Of a DNA stretch of 64,000 nt, positions 1 to 10,550 are shown in pieces. Under the pieces are notes generated by a model that saw only the letters and a list, made by a program, of their open reading frames with translations, was not told the DNA's origin and searched no databases. The stretch comes from Alphaproteobacteria bacterium. Its GTDB lineage: Bacteria > Pseudomonadota > Alphaproteobacteria > SP197. The first letter of the stretch is position 1. Each line of letters starts with the position of its first letter. Position numbers and translations under genes: made by a program. The stretch covers positions 1,152,001 to 1,216,000 of the forward strand of contig OZ219920.1 in NCBI GenBank assembly GCA_964291415.2, written 5' to 3'.

Positions 1-1
1 C

Positions 2-883
2 GCCTTTTCAGGCCTCTTCGAGTTCGCCTCGAGACTCGATACTCGCGTTGTCAAGAAGCGACAACTGGAAATGCTCGCCTGTGCCGGTGCCTTCGACTGC
101 ATCGACGATAGCCGGGCCCGGGTCGTCGCCAACATCAACCGTCTTGTGCAGTTCAATGCAAGCATTGTCGCAGAACGCGAAAGCAGGCAGCAGAACCTGT
201 TCGGTGACGACGGCGACGCCCGTGACCCCGAACTCGTCGATGCCCTGCCGTGGACACCGGCGGACGCCCTCAAGGCCGAAGCTGAAGCAATCGGGTTTTA
301 TCTGTCGGCCCATCCACTGGAAGCCTACGACGGCGAACTGGTCAGGCTGGGTGTCATGACGCACGCAGACGCCCTCGACGTCGCCCGTGAACACGACACC
401 GGGCCGTTCCGGCTCGCCGGTGTCCCGGTTGCCAGACGCGAGAGGACGAGCGCCAGGGGCAACCGCTATGCCTTTCTGGAACTCTCGGACCGTTCCGGAC
501 ATTACGAGATCGTCATCTTTTCCGATACGCTCGATGCCTGCGCCGGCAAACTCGAGGGTCCAGGACCCTTCTTTCTCGAAGTCGATGGTCGTGTGGATGG
601 TGAGAGTGTGCGCTTCTCGGCGCGCCGCATCGCAAGTCTCGACGAAATGGTATCGAAGTCGCTCAGGGCCTTTGTCCTTCATATCGATGCAAGCGAATCA
701 CTCGTCGGCCTGCAGCAGGTTCTTGACAGCGCCGAACCTGGACAGGGGCGCATCACGCTTTCCTATGCCGCCCTGAGTGGCAAGGTGGTGGACATTGTCC
801 TGCCAAGGCGGTTTTGCCTTTCACCTGGTCTGAAGGCCCAGATCGAGGCCTTGCCGGGACTCCGCTCGGTGGAGGCTGCCTGA
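2..883 (+). CDS. dnaE: DNA polymerase III alpha subunit, C-terminal part (5'-truncated by window)
   Basis: Frame open from base 2 (AFSGLFEFASRLD...LEMLACAGAFD); motifs EAEAIGFYLSAHPL and OB-fold 'GNRYAFLELSDRSG.YEIVIF'; lies upstream of rpsB. Confidence 0.93.
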   Translation, partial: AFSGLFEFASRLDTRVVKKRQLEMLACAGAFDCIDDSRARVVANINRLVQFNASIVAERESRQQNLFGDDGDARDPELVDALPWTPADALKAEAEAIGFYLSAHPLEAYDGELVRLGVMTHADALDVAREHDTGPFRLAGVPVARRERTSARGNRYAFLELSDRSGHYEIVIFSDTLDACAGKLEGPGPFFLEVDGRVDGESVRFSARRIASLDEMVSKSLRAFVLHIDASESLVGLQQVLDSAEPGQGRITLSYAALSGKVVDIVLPRRFCLSPGLKAQIEALPGLRSVEAA

Positions 884-886
884 AGC

Positions 887-915
887 TTGATGTCGGGATG
901 GTGACGGTCTAAATA
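887..915 (+). promoter_or_regulatory. Candidate sigma70 promoter for rpsB-tsf
   Basis: TTGATG (887-892), 17-nt spacer, TAAATA (910-915), just upstream of the S2 leader. Confidence 0.4.
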
Positions 916-929
916 CCGCCCATTGATCC

Positions 930-1005
930 AACTCGCACGCGGACCAGATCTTTCCGGTGCCGGCCCGTCCGGTCCCGGTCCGCGGAGGCAGAACCGGAAG
1001 AGGAG
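930..1005 (+). promoter_or_regulatory. rpsB 5' leader RNA (S2 autoregulatory element, pseudoknot-like)
   Basis: Stem CGCGGACC (938-945)/GGTCCGCG (977-984); loop TTCCGGT (952-958) complementary to ACCGGAA (993-999) after GGAGGC; this architecture matches known S2 leaders. Confidence 0.65.
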
Positions 1006-1014
1006 TGAGATGCC

Positions 1015-2181
1015 ATGACAATGCCGCAATTCACCATGCGCCAGCTGCTGGAAGCCGGTGTTCACTTCGGACATCAGGCAAGGCGCTGGAATCCAAAGAT
1101 GAAGCCCTACATCTTCGGAGAGCGTAACGATGTTCACATCATTGACCTCCAGCAAACGGTACCGATGCTGCGGCATGCGCTGCAGAGAGTTCGTGATGTC
1201 GTCGCCAGAGGAGGCAGGGTGTTGTTTGTCGGCACCAAGCGCCAGGCACAGGAGGCCATTGCCGAGGCGGCCGAACGTTGCGGCCAGTACCACGTCAACC
1301 ACCGCTGGCTTGGCGGAATGCTGACCAACTGGAAGACCGTATCGAACTCCATCAGGAGGCTGCGCGACCTTGAAGAACGACTCGGCGAGGACATCACCGG
1401 CCTCACCAAGAAGGAAGTCCTGCGCATGACCCGGGAGCGCGACAAGCTTGAACGCGCGCTCGGAGGCATCAAGGACATGGCGGGACTTCCCGATATCCTT
1501 GTCGTGATCGACACCAACAAGGAAGACATTGCCATCTCCGAGGCGCGCAAGCTCAACATTCCCATCGTTGCCGTTATCGACAGCAACTGCGATCCCGATG
1601 TGGTCGATCTGGTCGTTCCCGGCAATGACGATGCCATACGCGCGATCACGCTTTACTGTGACCTGTTCGCCCGTGCTGTTCTCGACGGAATTGAAGCCGA
1701 GTTGGCGGCATCCGGTGAGGATCTTGGTGCCCGTGCCACGGTCGAAGAGCCTGCGATCGATGCGGAGGCGACCGGGAAGAACCCGGACGACGATGTGAAA
1801 CCCAATGGTCAGGAACCGCGGGGCGAAGCGCCGGAGGCACCGGATACACAGGAAACATCGTCCCAGGGGCAAGCGCCTGCGATCGATGCGGAGACGACCG
1901 GGGAGAACCCGGACGACGATGTGAAACCCAATGGTCAGGAACCGCGGGGCGAAGCGCCGGAGGCACCGGATACACAGGAAACATCGTCCCAGGGGCAAGC
2001 GCCTGCGATCGATGCGGAGACGACCGGGGAGAACCCGGACGACGATGTGAAACCCAATGGTGAGGAACCGCAGGCCGAAGCGCCGGAGGTGCCGGATACA
2101 AAGGAAACATCGTCACAGGGCCAAGCGCCTGATCAGGCCCAACCAGAAGAGGCAACAGGACTGCCGAGGACCGAACAATGA
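1015..2181 (+). CDS. rpsB: 30S ribosomal protein S2 with long repetitive acidic C-terminal extension
   Basis: [40 protein letters not shown] motifs. Confidence 0.98.
   Translation: MTMPQFTMRQLLEAGVHFGHQARRWNPKMKPYIFGERNDVHIIDLQQTVPMLRHALQRVRDVVARGGRVLFVGTKRQAQEAIAEAAERCGQYHVNHRWLGGMLTNWKTVSNSIRRLRDLEERLGEDITGLTKKEVLRMTRERDKLERALGGIKDMAGLPDILVVIDTNKEDIAISEARKLNIPIVAVIDSNCDPDVVDLVVPGNDDAIRAITLYCDLFARAVLDGIEAELAASGEDLGARATVEEPAIDAEATGKNPDDDVKPNGQEPRGEAPEAPDTQETSSQGQAPAIDAETTGENPDDDVKPNGQEPRGEAPEAPDTQETSSQGQAPAIDAETTGENPDDDVKPNGEEPQAEAPEVPDTKETSSQGQAPDQAQPEEATGLPRTEQ
1750..2127 (+). repeat. Three in-frame 126-bp tandem repeats (42 aa) in rpsB 3' end
   Basis: Units start at 1750, 1876 and 2002 (CCTGCGATCGATGCGGAG...); unit1/unit2 differ at 2 nt, unit2/unit3 at 8 nt. 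Confidence 0.97.
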
Positions 2182-3113
2182 CAGCTATTTCAGCGGTGCT
2201 GGTCAAGCAGCTGCGGGACAGGTCCGGCGCCGGCATGATGGACTGCAAGAAGGCGCTGGTGGAAACGGCCGGTGACATGGAGGCTGCCGTCGACTGGTTG
2301 CGCAGCAAAGGTCTGGCTGCAGCCGCCAAAAAGGCCGGCAGGGTAGCCGCCGAGGGTCTCGTGGCGACCGCCGTTTCAGAGGATGGTCGCCGCGGGGCTG
2401 TTGTCGAGATCAACGCTGAAACCGATTTTGTGGCCCGCAACGAGATTTTCCAGGATTTCGTGCGCCGTACGGCGACCCTCGCGCTTGACAGCCACGGTGA
2501 CATTGATTCCCTGGCCAGAATGGCGTGGCCGGGCTCGACCGGGACAGTTCAGGACCGTCTCACCGACCTGGTGGCGACCATAGGCGAGAACCTGCAGATC
2601 AGGCGCTCTCATGCGCTCGGTGTGACACATGGTACCGTGGCACACTATGTCCATACGGCTGCCAGCCCCGGCATGGGCAGGATTGCCGTGATCGTCGCCC
2701 TCGAATCCTCCGGTGATCGTGAAATCCTGCAGGATGCGGGCAGGAAGCTTGCCATGCATATTGCTGCGACCAGACCCGAGGCGGTGACGATGGAAGCCCT
2801 GGATCCAGCATTGGTCGAGCGCGAGCGCGGGGTATTGACCGATCAGGCACGCGAGTCGGGCAAGCCCGAGGCCATCGTGGAACGGATGGTCGAAGGCCGT
2901 CTGCGCAAGTTCTTCCAGGACGTCGTTCTCATGGAACAGGTCTATGTCATCGATGGCGAAAGCCGGGTGAACAAGGTCATGGAAGATCTTGCCCGTGAGC
3001 TCGACACGTCCGTGGAGGTAGCCGGTTTCGTGCGGTACGGTCTTGGTGAGGGAATCGAGAAAAAGGAAAGCGACTTCGCTGCCGAGGTCGCGGCCGCAGC
3101 CAGCGGGAGGTGA
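2178..3113 (+). CDS. tsf: Elongation factor Ts
   Basis: [31 protein letters not shown]. Confidence 0.98.
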   Translation: MTAISAVLVKQLRDRSGAGMMDCKKALVETAGDMEAAVDWLRSKGLAAAAKKAGRVAAEGLVATAVSEDGRRGAVVEINAETDFVARNEIFQDFVRRTATLALDSHGDIDSLARMAWPGSTGTVQDRLTDLVATIGENLQIRRSHALGVTHGTVAHYVHTAASPGMGRIAVIVALESSGDREILQDAGRKLAMHIAATRPEAVTMEALDPALVERERGVLTDQARESGKPEAIVERMVEGRLRKFFQDVVLMEQVYVIDGESRVNKVMEDLARELDTSVEVAGFVRYGLGEGIEKKESDFAAEVAAAASGR

Positions 3114-3146
3114 CGGGGACCCTATCCGGTACCGGCAAACCAACAC

Positions 3147-3887
3147 ATGAAAGGCCAACCTCACTACAGACGCATCCTTGTGAAGGTGTCGGGCGAGGCG
3201 CTGATCGGTGAGGGTGAGCACGGTGTTGATCCGCGGGAGGCAGGGCGCATCGCCGATGACATCGCCGAGGCGGCCGCAACGGGGACCCGGATTGCCATTG
3301 TGATTGGCGGGGGCAACATCTTCAGGGGTGTGGCCGGTGCCGCCCGAGGCATGGAGCGGGTGTCCGCCGACCACATGGGCATGCTGGCAACGGTCATCAA
3401 CGCCCTGGCCCTTGAGCATGCACTCGCCGGCAAGGGTCTCGAGACCAGAGTGCTCTCCGCCATACCGATGCCCACAATCTGTGAGCCCTACGCGCGGACC
3501 CGCGCGGTTGCCCACCTTGACAAGGGGCGGGTGGTGATCTTTGCCGCGGGCACGGGGAGTCCCTACTTCACTACCGACACGGCTGCGGCACTGCGGGCTG
3601 TGGAGACCGGTTGTGATGCGCTCTTCAAGGCAACCAAGGTCGACGGTGTCTATTCTGCTGATCCGACTACGGACAGAAATGCGGTACGATACGACAGATT
3701 GAGCTACCACGACGTGCTGGTGCAGAACCTCCGGGTCATGGATGCAGCGGCGATTTCCCTGGCACGGGACAACAATCTTCCGTGTCTTGTCTTTTCGCTT
3801 CACGAACCAGGAGGGCTTTCGGCAGTTCTAAAGGGAGCCGGACGATACACGATCATCTCGACGCAGGAGGGAGAGGGCCATGGCTGA
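3147..3887 (+). CDS. pyrH: UMP kinase
   Basis: [31 protein letters not shown]. Confidence 0.98.
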   Translation: MKGQPHYRRILVKVSGEALIGEGEHGVDPREAGRIADDIAEAAATGTRIAIVIGGGNIFRGVAGAARGMERVSADHMGMLATVINALALEHALAGKGLETRVLSAIPMPTICEPYARTRAVAHLDKGRVVIFAAGTGSPYFTTDTAAALRAVETGCDALFKATKVDGVYSADPTTDRNAVRYDRLSYHDVLVQNLRVMDAAAISLARDNNLPCLVFSLHEPGGLSAVLKGAGRYTIISTQEGEGHG

Positions 3888-4437
3888 TGATCTGGTGAAG
3901 GATCTCAAACGCCGCATGGAAGGTGCCTTGGAGGTGTTGCGCAGGGAGTTTGCGGGTCTGCGTACCGGCCGGGCTTCGGTCAGTCTTCTCGACCCGGTCA
4001 TGGTGGAAGCGTATGGCAGCCGCATGCCCGTCAACCAGGTCGGCAGTGTGAGTGCGCCAGAGGCACGACTGCTGACAGTGCAGGTGTGGGACAGGGGTCT
4101 CGTCAACGCTGTTGAAAAGGCAATCCGCAATGCCGACCTGGGGCTCAATCCCCAGAGCGACGGCCAGACGGTGCGCGTGCCCATTCCGCAACTCGACGAG
4201 GAACGGCGCGTCGAAATCACGCGGATTGCCGGCAAGTATGCCGAACAGGCAAAGATCGCTATTCGCAATGTCAGGCGAGACGGAAACGACCAGCTCAAGC
4301 GTCAGGAACGTGACGGCGAAATTTCCCAGGACGAACTGCATCAACGGACCGGTGTCATCCAGGAACTGACCGATGCCGAGATCGACCGTGTCGACGAGCT
4401 GCTTGACATCAAGCAGACCGAAATCATGCAAGTCTGA
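3880..4437 (+). CDS. frr: Ribosome recycling factor
   Basis: [16 protein letters not shown]. Confidence 0.98.
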   Translation: MADDLVKDLKRRMEGALEVLRREFAGLRTGRASVSLLDPVMVEAYGSRMPVNQVGSVSAPEARLLTVQVWDRGLVNAVEKAIRNADLGLNPQSDGQTVRVPIPQLDEERRVEITRIAGKYAEQAKIAIRNVRRDGNDQLKRQERDGEISQDELHQRTGVIQELTDAEIDRVDELLDIKQTEIMQV

Positions 4438-4443
4438 GTCTTG

Positions 4444-5175
4444 ATGGTCGCTGTTTGTGATCATGACAGGCGGCTGTTGCGTCATGTCGCCATTATCATG
4501 GATGGCAATGGCCGATGGGCCAGCCAGCGAAGCCTGCCGAGGGAGGAGGGACATCGCGCCGGAGCCGAGTCCGTCCGCCGCATCCTCCAGGCGGCTATCG
4601 AGCTTTCCATTCCCTACCTCACCGTTTTCGCGTTCTCTTCGGAAAACTGGCGCCGGCCTAGCCGGGAGGTCGGCCATCTCATGAATCTTGTGCGGTATCA
4701 TCTCAGCAACGAGAAGGACGAACTCGTCAGCAGGGGGATTCGAGTTGGATTCATCGGCGATCGTTCGGGCCTCGATCGCGACGTTCTGGGTCTCATGTCC
4801 GACATGGAACGCACGACGGCGGGAGGAACCGCCCTGACGGTTACGGTGGCCCTCAACTACGGCGCCCGCGACGAGATTGTCCGGGCGGCGCGGGCCCTTG
4901 CCACGGACTGTCTGGCGGGCGGTCTCGAACCCGGCATGCTCGACGAAGAGGAGTTCGCCCGTCACCTTGACACCTCGACACTGCCGGATCCGGACCTCAT
5001 CATCCGAACCGGCGGCGAACAGCGCCTGAGCAACTTTCTTGCCTGGCAGGGCGCCTATGCGGAACTGGTGTTTCTGGATGTACCATGGCCGGAGTTCAGC
5101 CGAGACGATCTTGAGGCTGCCGTCAGCGAGTTTCACCGCCGTGACCGGCGATACGGCGCTGTCACAGCCTCCTGA
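4444..5175 (+). CDS. uppS: Undecaprenyl diphosphate synthase
   Basis: HVAIIMDGNGRWA, FSSENWRRP, IRTGGEQRLSNFL; start could be TTG 4441. Confidence 0.96.
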   Translation: MVAVCDHDRRLLRHVAIIMDGNGRWASQRSLPREEGHRAGAESVRRILQAAIELSIPYLTVFAFSSENWRRPSREVGHLMNLVRYHLSNEKDELVSRGIRVGFIGDRSGLDRDVLGLMSDMERTTAGGTALTVTVALNYGARDEIVRAARALATDCLAGGLEPGMLDEEEFARHLDTSTLPDPDLIIRTGGEQRLSNFLAWQGAYAELVFLDVPWPEFSRDDLEAAVSEFHRRDRRYGAVTAS

Positions 5176-5191
5176 ACGGCGCCCCACGGAA

Positions 5192-5980
5192 GTGGTCCGG
5201 CGGCTGTTCTCGGCCGCCGTCCTGGCTGCCGTCGCGGTGCTCATCACCCAACTTGGTGGGATGTGGTTTGCCCTGCCGGCACTGGTTCTTGCCGGTGTGC
5301 TGCTTCACGAGTGGCACCGGCTCTCCGCCACTCCGGGATATCTCTTTTTTGCTGCTGCGATCATTGCCGCCTGGATCGCCGTTGCCTGGCAGGAGAATCT
5401 GGTTATGGCTCTCTATGCCCTCGCCGTCGGCATGGTCGGCGGCGCCTTTTATCTCCTTGTGAGGGGGCATGAGTCGAGGATGCCTTGGGCGATCTCCGGC
5501 ATGGCCTATGTCGGCATTCCCATGGTGGCGCTGGTGTGGATGCGAAATGCCGAAGGAAGCAGTCTCGTCCTGTTGTGGATGTTCCTTGTCATCTGGGCAT
5601 CGGATTCCGCCGCCTTCGTTGTCGGTCGCATCATTGGTGGGCCCCTGTTGTATCCTTCCATCAGCCCCGCCAAGACATGGGCAGGGGCCATCGGCGGCTT
5701 CATGGCATCCGTTGCCACCGGAGTTGGCACGGCGGTCATGGTTCAGCAGTCGTTGATGGCGGCGCTCGTGTTGAGTGTCGTCATATGCATTGCCGCACAG
5801 TCGGGAGATCTTGTGCAGTCGGCTCTGAAGAGACGCTGGCAGGTCAAGGACACCGGCAGCCTCATTCCGGGTCATGGCGGCCTCATGGATCGGCTAGACT
5901 CGCTCGTCTTCGCTGCGCCTGTCTTTGCCGTAGCTTGGACGATCACATCCCTGGAGGTGGACAATGCCGCCATCCCCTGA
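5192..5980 (+). CDS. cdsA: Phosphatidate cytidylyltransferase
   Basis: Hydrophobic protein with ISPAKTWAG and KDTGSLIPGHGGLMDRLDS; start uncertain (GTG 5192 chosen). Confidence 0.93.
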   Translation: MVRRLFSAAVLAAVAVLITQLGGMWFALPALVLAGVLLHEWHRLSATPGYLFFAAAIIAAWIAVAWQENLVMALYALAVGMVGGAFYLLVRGHESRMPWAISGMAYVGIPMVALVWMRNAEGSSLVLLWMFLVIWASDSAAFVVGRIIGGPLLYPSISPAKTWAGAIGGFMASVATGVGTAVMVQQSLMAALVLSVVICIAAQSGDLVQSALKRRWQVKDTGSLIPGHGGLMDRLDSLVFAAPVFAVAWTITSLEVDNAAIP

Positions 5981-7148
5981 GCCACGCCGTGTGTCGATTC
6001 TGGGCGCCACCGGTTCAATCGGTGAATCGACACTCAACCTCATCAACGATGGCGACGACCGTTACCGCGTCGTGGCGATAACGGCCCGTTCCAAAGTCAA
6101 GGAACTCGCGGCTATCGCCCGGGCCACCGGAGCAGCCTACGCCGCCATCGCCGATGAACGTCTCTTCGGTGCGCTTCGCCGCGAGCTCGCCGATACGTCG
6201 ACCCGCGTTGGCGCGGGGTCGGCAGCCGTGGAGGAGGCGGCTCGAATGGATGCCGACTGGGTGATGGCTGCCATCGTCGGCGCCGCCGGTCTTGCGCCCA
6301 CTCTTGCTGCCGTTCGTCAGGGCAGAGTGGTGGCGCTTGCCAACAAGGAAGCCCTCGTGTGTGCCGGTAAACTGATGATCGAGGAGGCGCAGAATAGCGG
6401 ATGTGTTCTCTTGCCGGCCGATTCGGAACACAATGCCATTTTCCAGGTCTTCGATGCTGGCCGGATTGATGCCATCGAGAAGATCTGGCTGACCGCTTCA
6501 GGCGGACCATTTCGCAACGCCACACGAGCCAGAATGGCGGCCGCCACTCCGGAAGAGGCCGTACGCCATCCCAACTGGAGTATGGGGCGCAAGATATCCG
6601 TCGATTCGGCAACCATGATGAACAAGTCCCTCGAGGTCATCGAAGCAAGCCACCTGTTTCCGGTCGGCGAAGAGAGGATCGGCGTCATCGTGCATCCCGA
6701 ATCCATTGTCCACGGCCTTGTTTCCTATCGCGACGGATCTGTCCTGGCAGGCCTTGCCGCTCCCGACATGCGCACCCCGATTGCCCACACGCTGGCCTGG
6801 CCGGATCGCATCCGGGCACCGTCCAGGCGTCTCGACCTCGCAGCTTCCGCACAGCTGACCTTCGAACTGCCGGATGAAGACAGGTTTCCCGCTCTCTCTC
6901 TGGCCCGTACCGCTATACGCGCCGGGGGTTCTGCGCCGGTGACCCTCAATGCCGCCAATGAGGTTGCCGTCGCCGCCTTTCTCGACCGGCGCATTGGTTT
7001 TCTCGATATCGTCGCGGTCGTTGAAGACACCCTGGCGTGTGTCGGGACCGTCGCGACAGATGATATCGCGACCGTTATCATGGCCGATGGCGAGGCAAGG
7101 CGTCGAGCCGAGGAGGTGGTCCTGAAGAGGTCCGAACAGGCACCATGA
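5964..7148 (+). CDS. dxr: 1-deoxy-D-xylulose 5-phosphate reductoisomerase
   Basis: ILGATGSIG, LANKEALV, PADSEHNAIFQ, HPNWSMGRKISVDSATM. Confidence 0.98.
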   Translation: MPPSPEPRRVSILGATGSIGESTLNLINDGDDRYRVVAITARSKVKELAAIARATGAAYAAIADERLFGALRRELADTSTRVGAGSAAVEEAARMDADWVMAAIVGAAGLAPTLAAVRQGRVVALANKEALVCAGKLMIEEAQNSGCVLLPADSEHNAIFQVFDAGRIDAIEKIWLTASGGPFRNATRARMAAATPEEAVRHPNWSMGRKISVDSATMMNKSLEVIEASHLFPVGEERIGVIVHPESIVHGLVSYRDGSVLAGLAAPDMRTPIAHTLAWPDRIRAPSRRLDLAASAQLTFELPDEDRFPALSLARTAIRAGGSAPVTLNAANEVAVAAFLDRRIGFLDIVAVVEDTLACVGTVATDDIATVIMADGEARRRAEEVVLKRSEQAP

Positions 7149-8263
7149 TGGATATCGTCAACAGCATCTGGCCCTTTCTCGTGGTGATTACGGTCATCGT
7201 GTTCTTTCACGAACTGGGCCACTATTGGGTTGCCCGCAGGAACGGGGTTCGTGTCGAAGTGTTCTCCATCGGATTCGGGACGGAGATCGCCGGCTGGACG
7301 GACCGGGCGGGAACGCGCTGGAGACTGTCGCTGGTGCCGTTGGGCGGCTACGTCAAGATGTTCGGTCACGCTGCGCCCGAGAGCGAAAGCGAACAGCTTT
7401 CCCAGGAAGAGCACGCAGTTTCATTCCATTCGAAGTCGGTGGGACAACGATTCGCCATCGTGCTCGCAGGGCCGCTGGCCAACTTCATCCTGTCAATCGT
7501 TCTTTTTGCCGGACTGTTCTTCGTGGTTGGGCAGAACCAGACACTTCCCCGGGCCGGCGAGATCATCGAGGGAGGTGCTGCAGAAAGAGGAGGCATGGAG
7601 GCAGGCGACCTGATAACCGCGATCGACGGCACATCGATCGAGGCCTTCCAGGATCTCCAGTTCATTGTTTCCACGAACCCGGGTGTCCCGCTCGTGTTCA
7701 ATGTGCTGCGCGACGGTGAAGCCGTGGACCTTGTCATTGCGCCTGACATCGTCATGGAGGACGACGGATTCGGCAACCAGCGCGAAACGGGACGGCTGGG
7801 CATCATGCTGACGGCCGCCAACATCGTTGTCGAACGTCTCGGACCTGTCGAGGCGCTGTGGGAAGGCGCCCGCGAGACCTGGAGGTGGTGCCTTCGCATC
7901 TTCGATTTCCTTGGCAAGATCTTTGAAGGCTCGCAGAGCAGTCGCGACCTCGCGGGGCCCCTCGGCATCGCTCATGTGTCAGCCGGATTCGCCGAGTTGG
8001 GCCTGGCCAGCCTCGTCCTCTTCATGGCCATCCTGTCCGTCAATCTCGGCCTCATCAACCTCTTCCCTATTCCGCTTCTCGACGGCGGCCACCTCATGTT
8101 CTATACCTTTGAATTCCTGTTCGGGAGGCCCTTGGGAGCACGTGCCCAGGAAATGTGCCAACTTGTCGGTATCGGGCTCGTGGGGGCGTTGTTCCTGTTC
8201 GTGACGTTCAACGACCTGCTCAGACTGGGGTTGTTCGACATGTTTCGCGGACTGGCTTCGTGA
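7145..8263 (+). CDS. rseP: RIP zinc metalloprotease RseP
   Basis: HELGH (HExxH), PDZ-like segment, NLFPIPLLDGGH. Confidence 0.96.
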   Translation: MMDIVNSIWPFLVVITVIVFFHELGHYWVARRNGVRVEVFSIGFGTEIAGWTDRAGTRWRLSLVPLGGYVKMFGHAAPESESEQLSQEEHAVSFHSKSVGQRFAIVLAGPLANFILSIVLFAGLFFVVGQNQTLPRAGEIIEGGAAERGGMEAGDLITAIDGTSIEAFQDLQFIVSTNPGVPLVFNVLRDGEAVDLVIAPDIVMEDDGFGNQRETGRLGIMLTAANIVVERLGPVEALWEGARETWRWCLRIFDFLGKIFEGSQSSRDLAGPLGIAHVSAGFAELGLASLVLFMAILSVNLGLINLFPIPLLDGGHLMFYTFEFLFGRPLGARAQEMCQLVGIGLVGALFLFVTFNDLLRLGLFDMFRGLAS

Positions 8264-8282
8264 ACCGGGGAGGAATGGACCG

Positions 8283-10550
8283 ATGGCATCGCTCAGGCGT
8301 TTGATTGCGACCATTCCTTTGATTCTGGGGATCCTCGCCCAGGATCTCCATGCCCAGGAGATCATCACGGAGATTGTCGTTTCCGGAAACCAGCGGATCG
8401 AACCGGCGACTGTCGCCAGCTACATGAGCATCCGTGTGGGTGACGCGTACGACCTCGACAAGGTTGACGACTCTGTCAAGAATCTCTTCGACACGGGTTT
8501 CTTCGCCGACATTTCCATCCGCCGGGACGGTTCCAGGCTGATCGTCGAAGTGGTCGAGAATCCGATCATCAACCGGATTGCCTTTGAGGGGAATCTCAGA
8601 CTTGATACGGAGGATCTCGAGGCGGAGATCCAGCTGAGACCACGCACGGTTTTCACCTTGACCAAGGTACAGGCGGATGTTGCCCGGATCACCGAGATCT
8701 ATCGTCGTGTCGGGCGCTTCAATGCCGTTGTCGAGCCCAAGGTCATCCAGCAGGACCAGAACCGTGTGGACCTCATTTTCGAGATATCCGAGGGTGAGCA
8801 GACGATCATTCGCCAGATCGTCTTCATCGGCAACGAAGCCTTCTCGGACGGCACGTTACGCGACGTCATTCTCACGGTCGAGAGTGCCTGGTATCGCTTT
8901 CTCACGGTTGACGACACCTATGATCCGGACCGTCTGGCTTTCGATCAGGAACTTCTGCGACGCCACTACCTCTCGGAGGGCTATGCCGACTTCAGGGTGG
9001 TGTCGGCCACTGCCGAACTGGCTCCCAACCGCGAGGAGTTCTTCGTGACGTTCACTCTCGATGAAGGGCCTCGATATGAAGTCAGCGAGGTGTCAGTCAT
9101 CAGCGAAATGCCGGCGGTTGATCCTGCCCTTGTCGAGGATTTTGTCGATGTCGAATCCGGCGACTGGTATGACGCCAGTGCCATCGACGACGACGTGGTC
9201 GAGATGACGCTTGAACTGGGCCGCACGGGACAACCGTTCGTCGATGTCCGGCCTCATATCGAGCGGGACATGGACAACGCGGTCATCGAAATCACGTATG
9301 TCATTGCCCAGGGTCCCGAACTCTACGTAGAGCGCATCGACATAGTCGGCAACGTTCGTACCACCGACGAAGTGATTCGGCGGGAATTCGAATTTGCTGA
9401 AGGCGACGCTTACAACGCCGCTCTGGTGCAGCGGACGGAACGCAACATCCGGGCCCTCGATTTCTTTGCCAGCGTGCTCATCGAGAACCGCCAGGGTAGC
9501 CGCGCGGACACAACCATCATCGAGGTGACGGTGGAGGAGAAGGCTACCGGCGAACTGTCATTCGGCGTCGGATTCTCATCAGTTGACGATGCGCTTATCG
9601 GTGTCTCCGTGGGCGAACGGAACCTGCTCGGTACCGCACAGCACTTACGGCTTGACCTGTCCGCATCCGGCAGCAGGCAAACCGTCGATTTCAGCTTCAC
9701 CGAACCCTACTTCCTTGACCGCGAACTGAGTGCAGGATTTGACATATTTCGAGTCCGGCGAGATCTGGCGTCCCAATCATCCTTCTTCCGGGAAGATATC
9801 GGTGGTGTGCTGCGTTTCGGTTATCCCCTGACCGAGCATCTTGCACAGACAGTCTCCTATTCATTCAGAACCTCGCAGGTCGAGCGGGTTCCGGAGAACG
9901 CCTCGCACCTGATCAGGGCGGAAGAGGGCAGGTCGACGGTGTCACTTATCGGCGAGCGTCTCGACTACGATCTGCGAAACGACGTGCTGCGCCCGACGTC
10001 GGGCTATCTCATCTATCAGGGCACCGATCTGGCCGGGTTGGGTGGTGACACGGCCTTCGCCCGCAACACCGGAGGATTCAGTTACTTCTATCCGATGGAC
10101 GTTGACTGGACGCTCAACGTGCGGGCTGATGGTGGCGCCATCACAAGCCTTCTTGGCAGGGACATCCGTCTGACCGACCGCTTCTTTCTTGGCGGATCGA
10201 ATTTCAGGGGTTTCAAGCCATCGGGTATCGGTCCGGTGGACACCAGCACGTCGGACGCACTCGGCGGCAACATTTACTGGACCGTAACGGGCGAAATGGA
10301 GTTTCCCATTGGCCTGCCGCGGGAACTCGGTGTCCTGGGGCGCACGTTCACCGACTGGGGAAGTCTCTTCGACATCGACGAGACCAGTCCCTCACTGGCC
10401 GATGACGCCTCGCCTCGCGCCTCCGCTGGCATAGGCTTGTCATACTATTCCCCCCTGGGTCCCATGCAGTTCGACTGGGCCCGGGCCTTTCTCAAGGAAG
10501 ACTACGACAAGACGGAACTCTTCCGCTTCTCCATCGGACTGGCGTTCTGA
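8283..10550 (+). CDS. bamA: Outer membrane protein assembly factor BamA
   Basis: Signal peptide, POTRA repeats (GNQRIE, FEGN, GNVRT.DEVIRRE), FFLGG..FRGF, SPLGP, terminal Phe. Confidence 0.97.
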   Translation: MASLRRLIATIPLILGILAQDLHAQEIITEIVVSGNQRIEPATVASYMSIRVGDAYDLDKVDDSVKNLFDTGFFADISIRRDGSRLIVEVVENPIINRIAFEGNLRLDTEDLEAEIQLRPRTVFTLTKVQADVARITEIYRRVGRFNAVVEPKVIQQDQNRVDLIFEISEGEQTIIRQIVFIGNEAFSDGTLRDVILTVESAWYRFLTVDDTYDPDRLAFDQELLRRHYLSEGYADFRVVSATAELAPNREEFFVTFTLDEGPRYEVSEVSVISEMPAVDPALVEDFVDVESGDWYDASAIDDDVVEMTLELGRTGQPFVDVRPHIERDMDNAVIEITYVIAQGPELYVERIDIVGNVRTTDEVIRREFEFAEGDAYNAALVQRTERNIRALDFFASVLIENRQGSRADTTIIEVTVEEKATGELSFGVGFSSVDDALIGVSVGERNLLGTAQHLRLDLSASGSRQTVDFSFTEPYFLDRELSAGFDIFRVRRDLASQSSFFREDIGGVLRFGYPLTEHLAQTVSYSFRTSQVERVPENASHLIRAEEGRSTVSLIGERLDYDLRNDVLRPTSGYLIYQGTDLAGLGGDTAFARNTGGFSYFYPMDVDWTLNVRADGGAITSLLGRDIRLTDRFFLGGSNFRGFKPSGIGPVDTSTSDALGGNIYWTVTGEMEFPIGLPRELGVLGRTFTDWGSLFDIDETSPSLADDASPRASAGIGLSYYSPLGPMQFDWARAFLKEDYDKTELFRFSIGLAF

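Noticed and set aside
1750-2127. rpsB repeats as a CRISPR array
   Set aside because: Units are contiguous, 126 bp, in frame, with no unique spacers and no cas genes
763-2503. Long minus-strand ORFs with repeated peptides (763-1998, 1646-2503)
   Set aside because: Shadow frames of rpsB and its repeats
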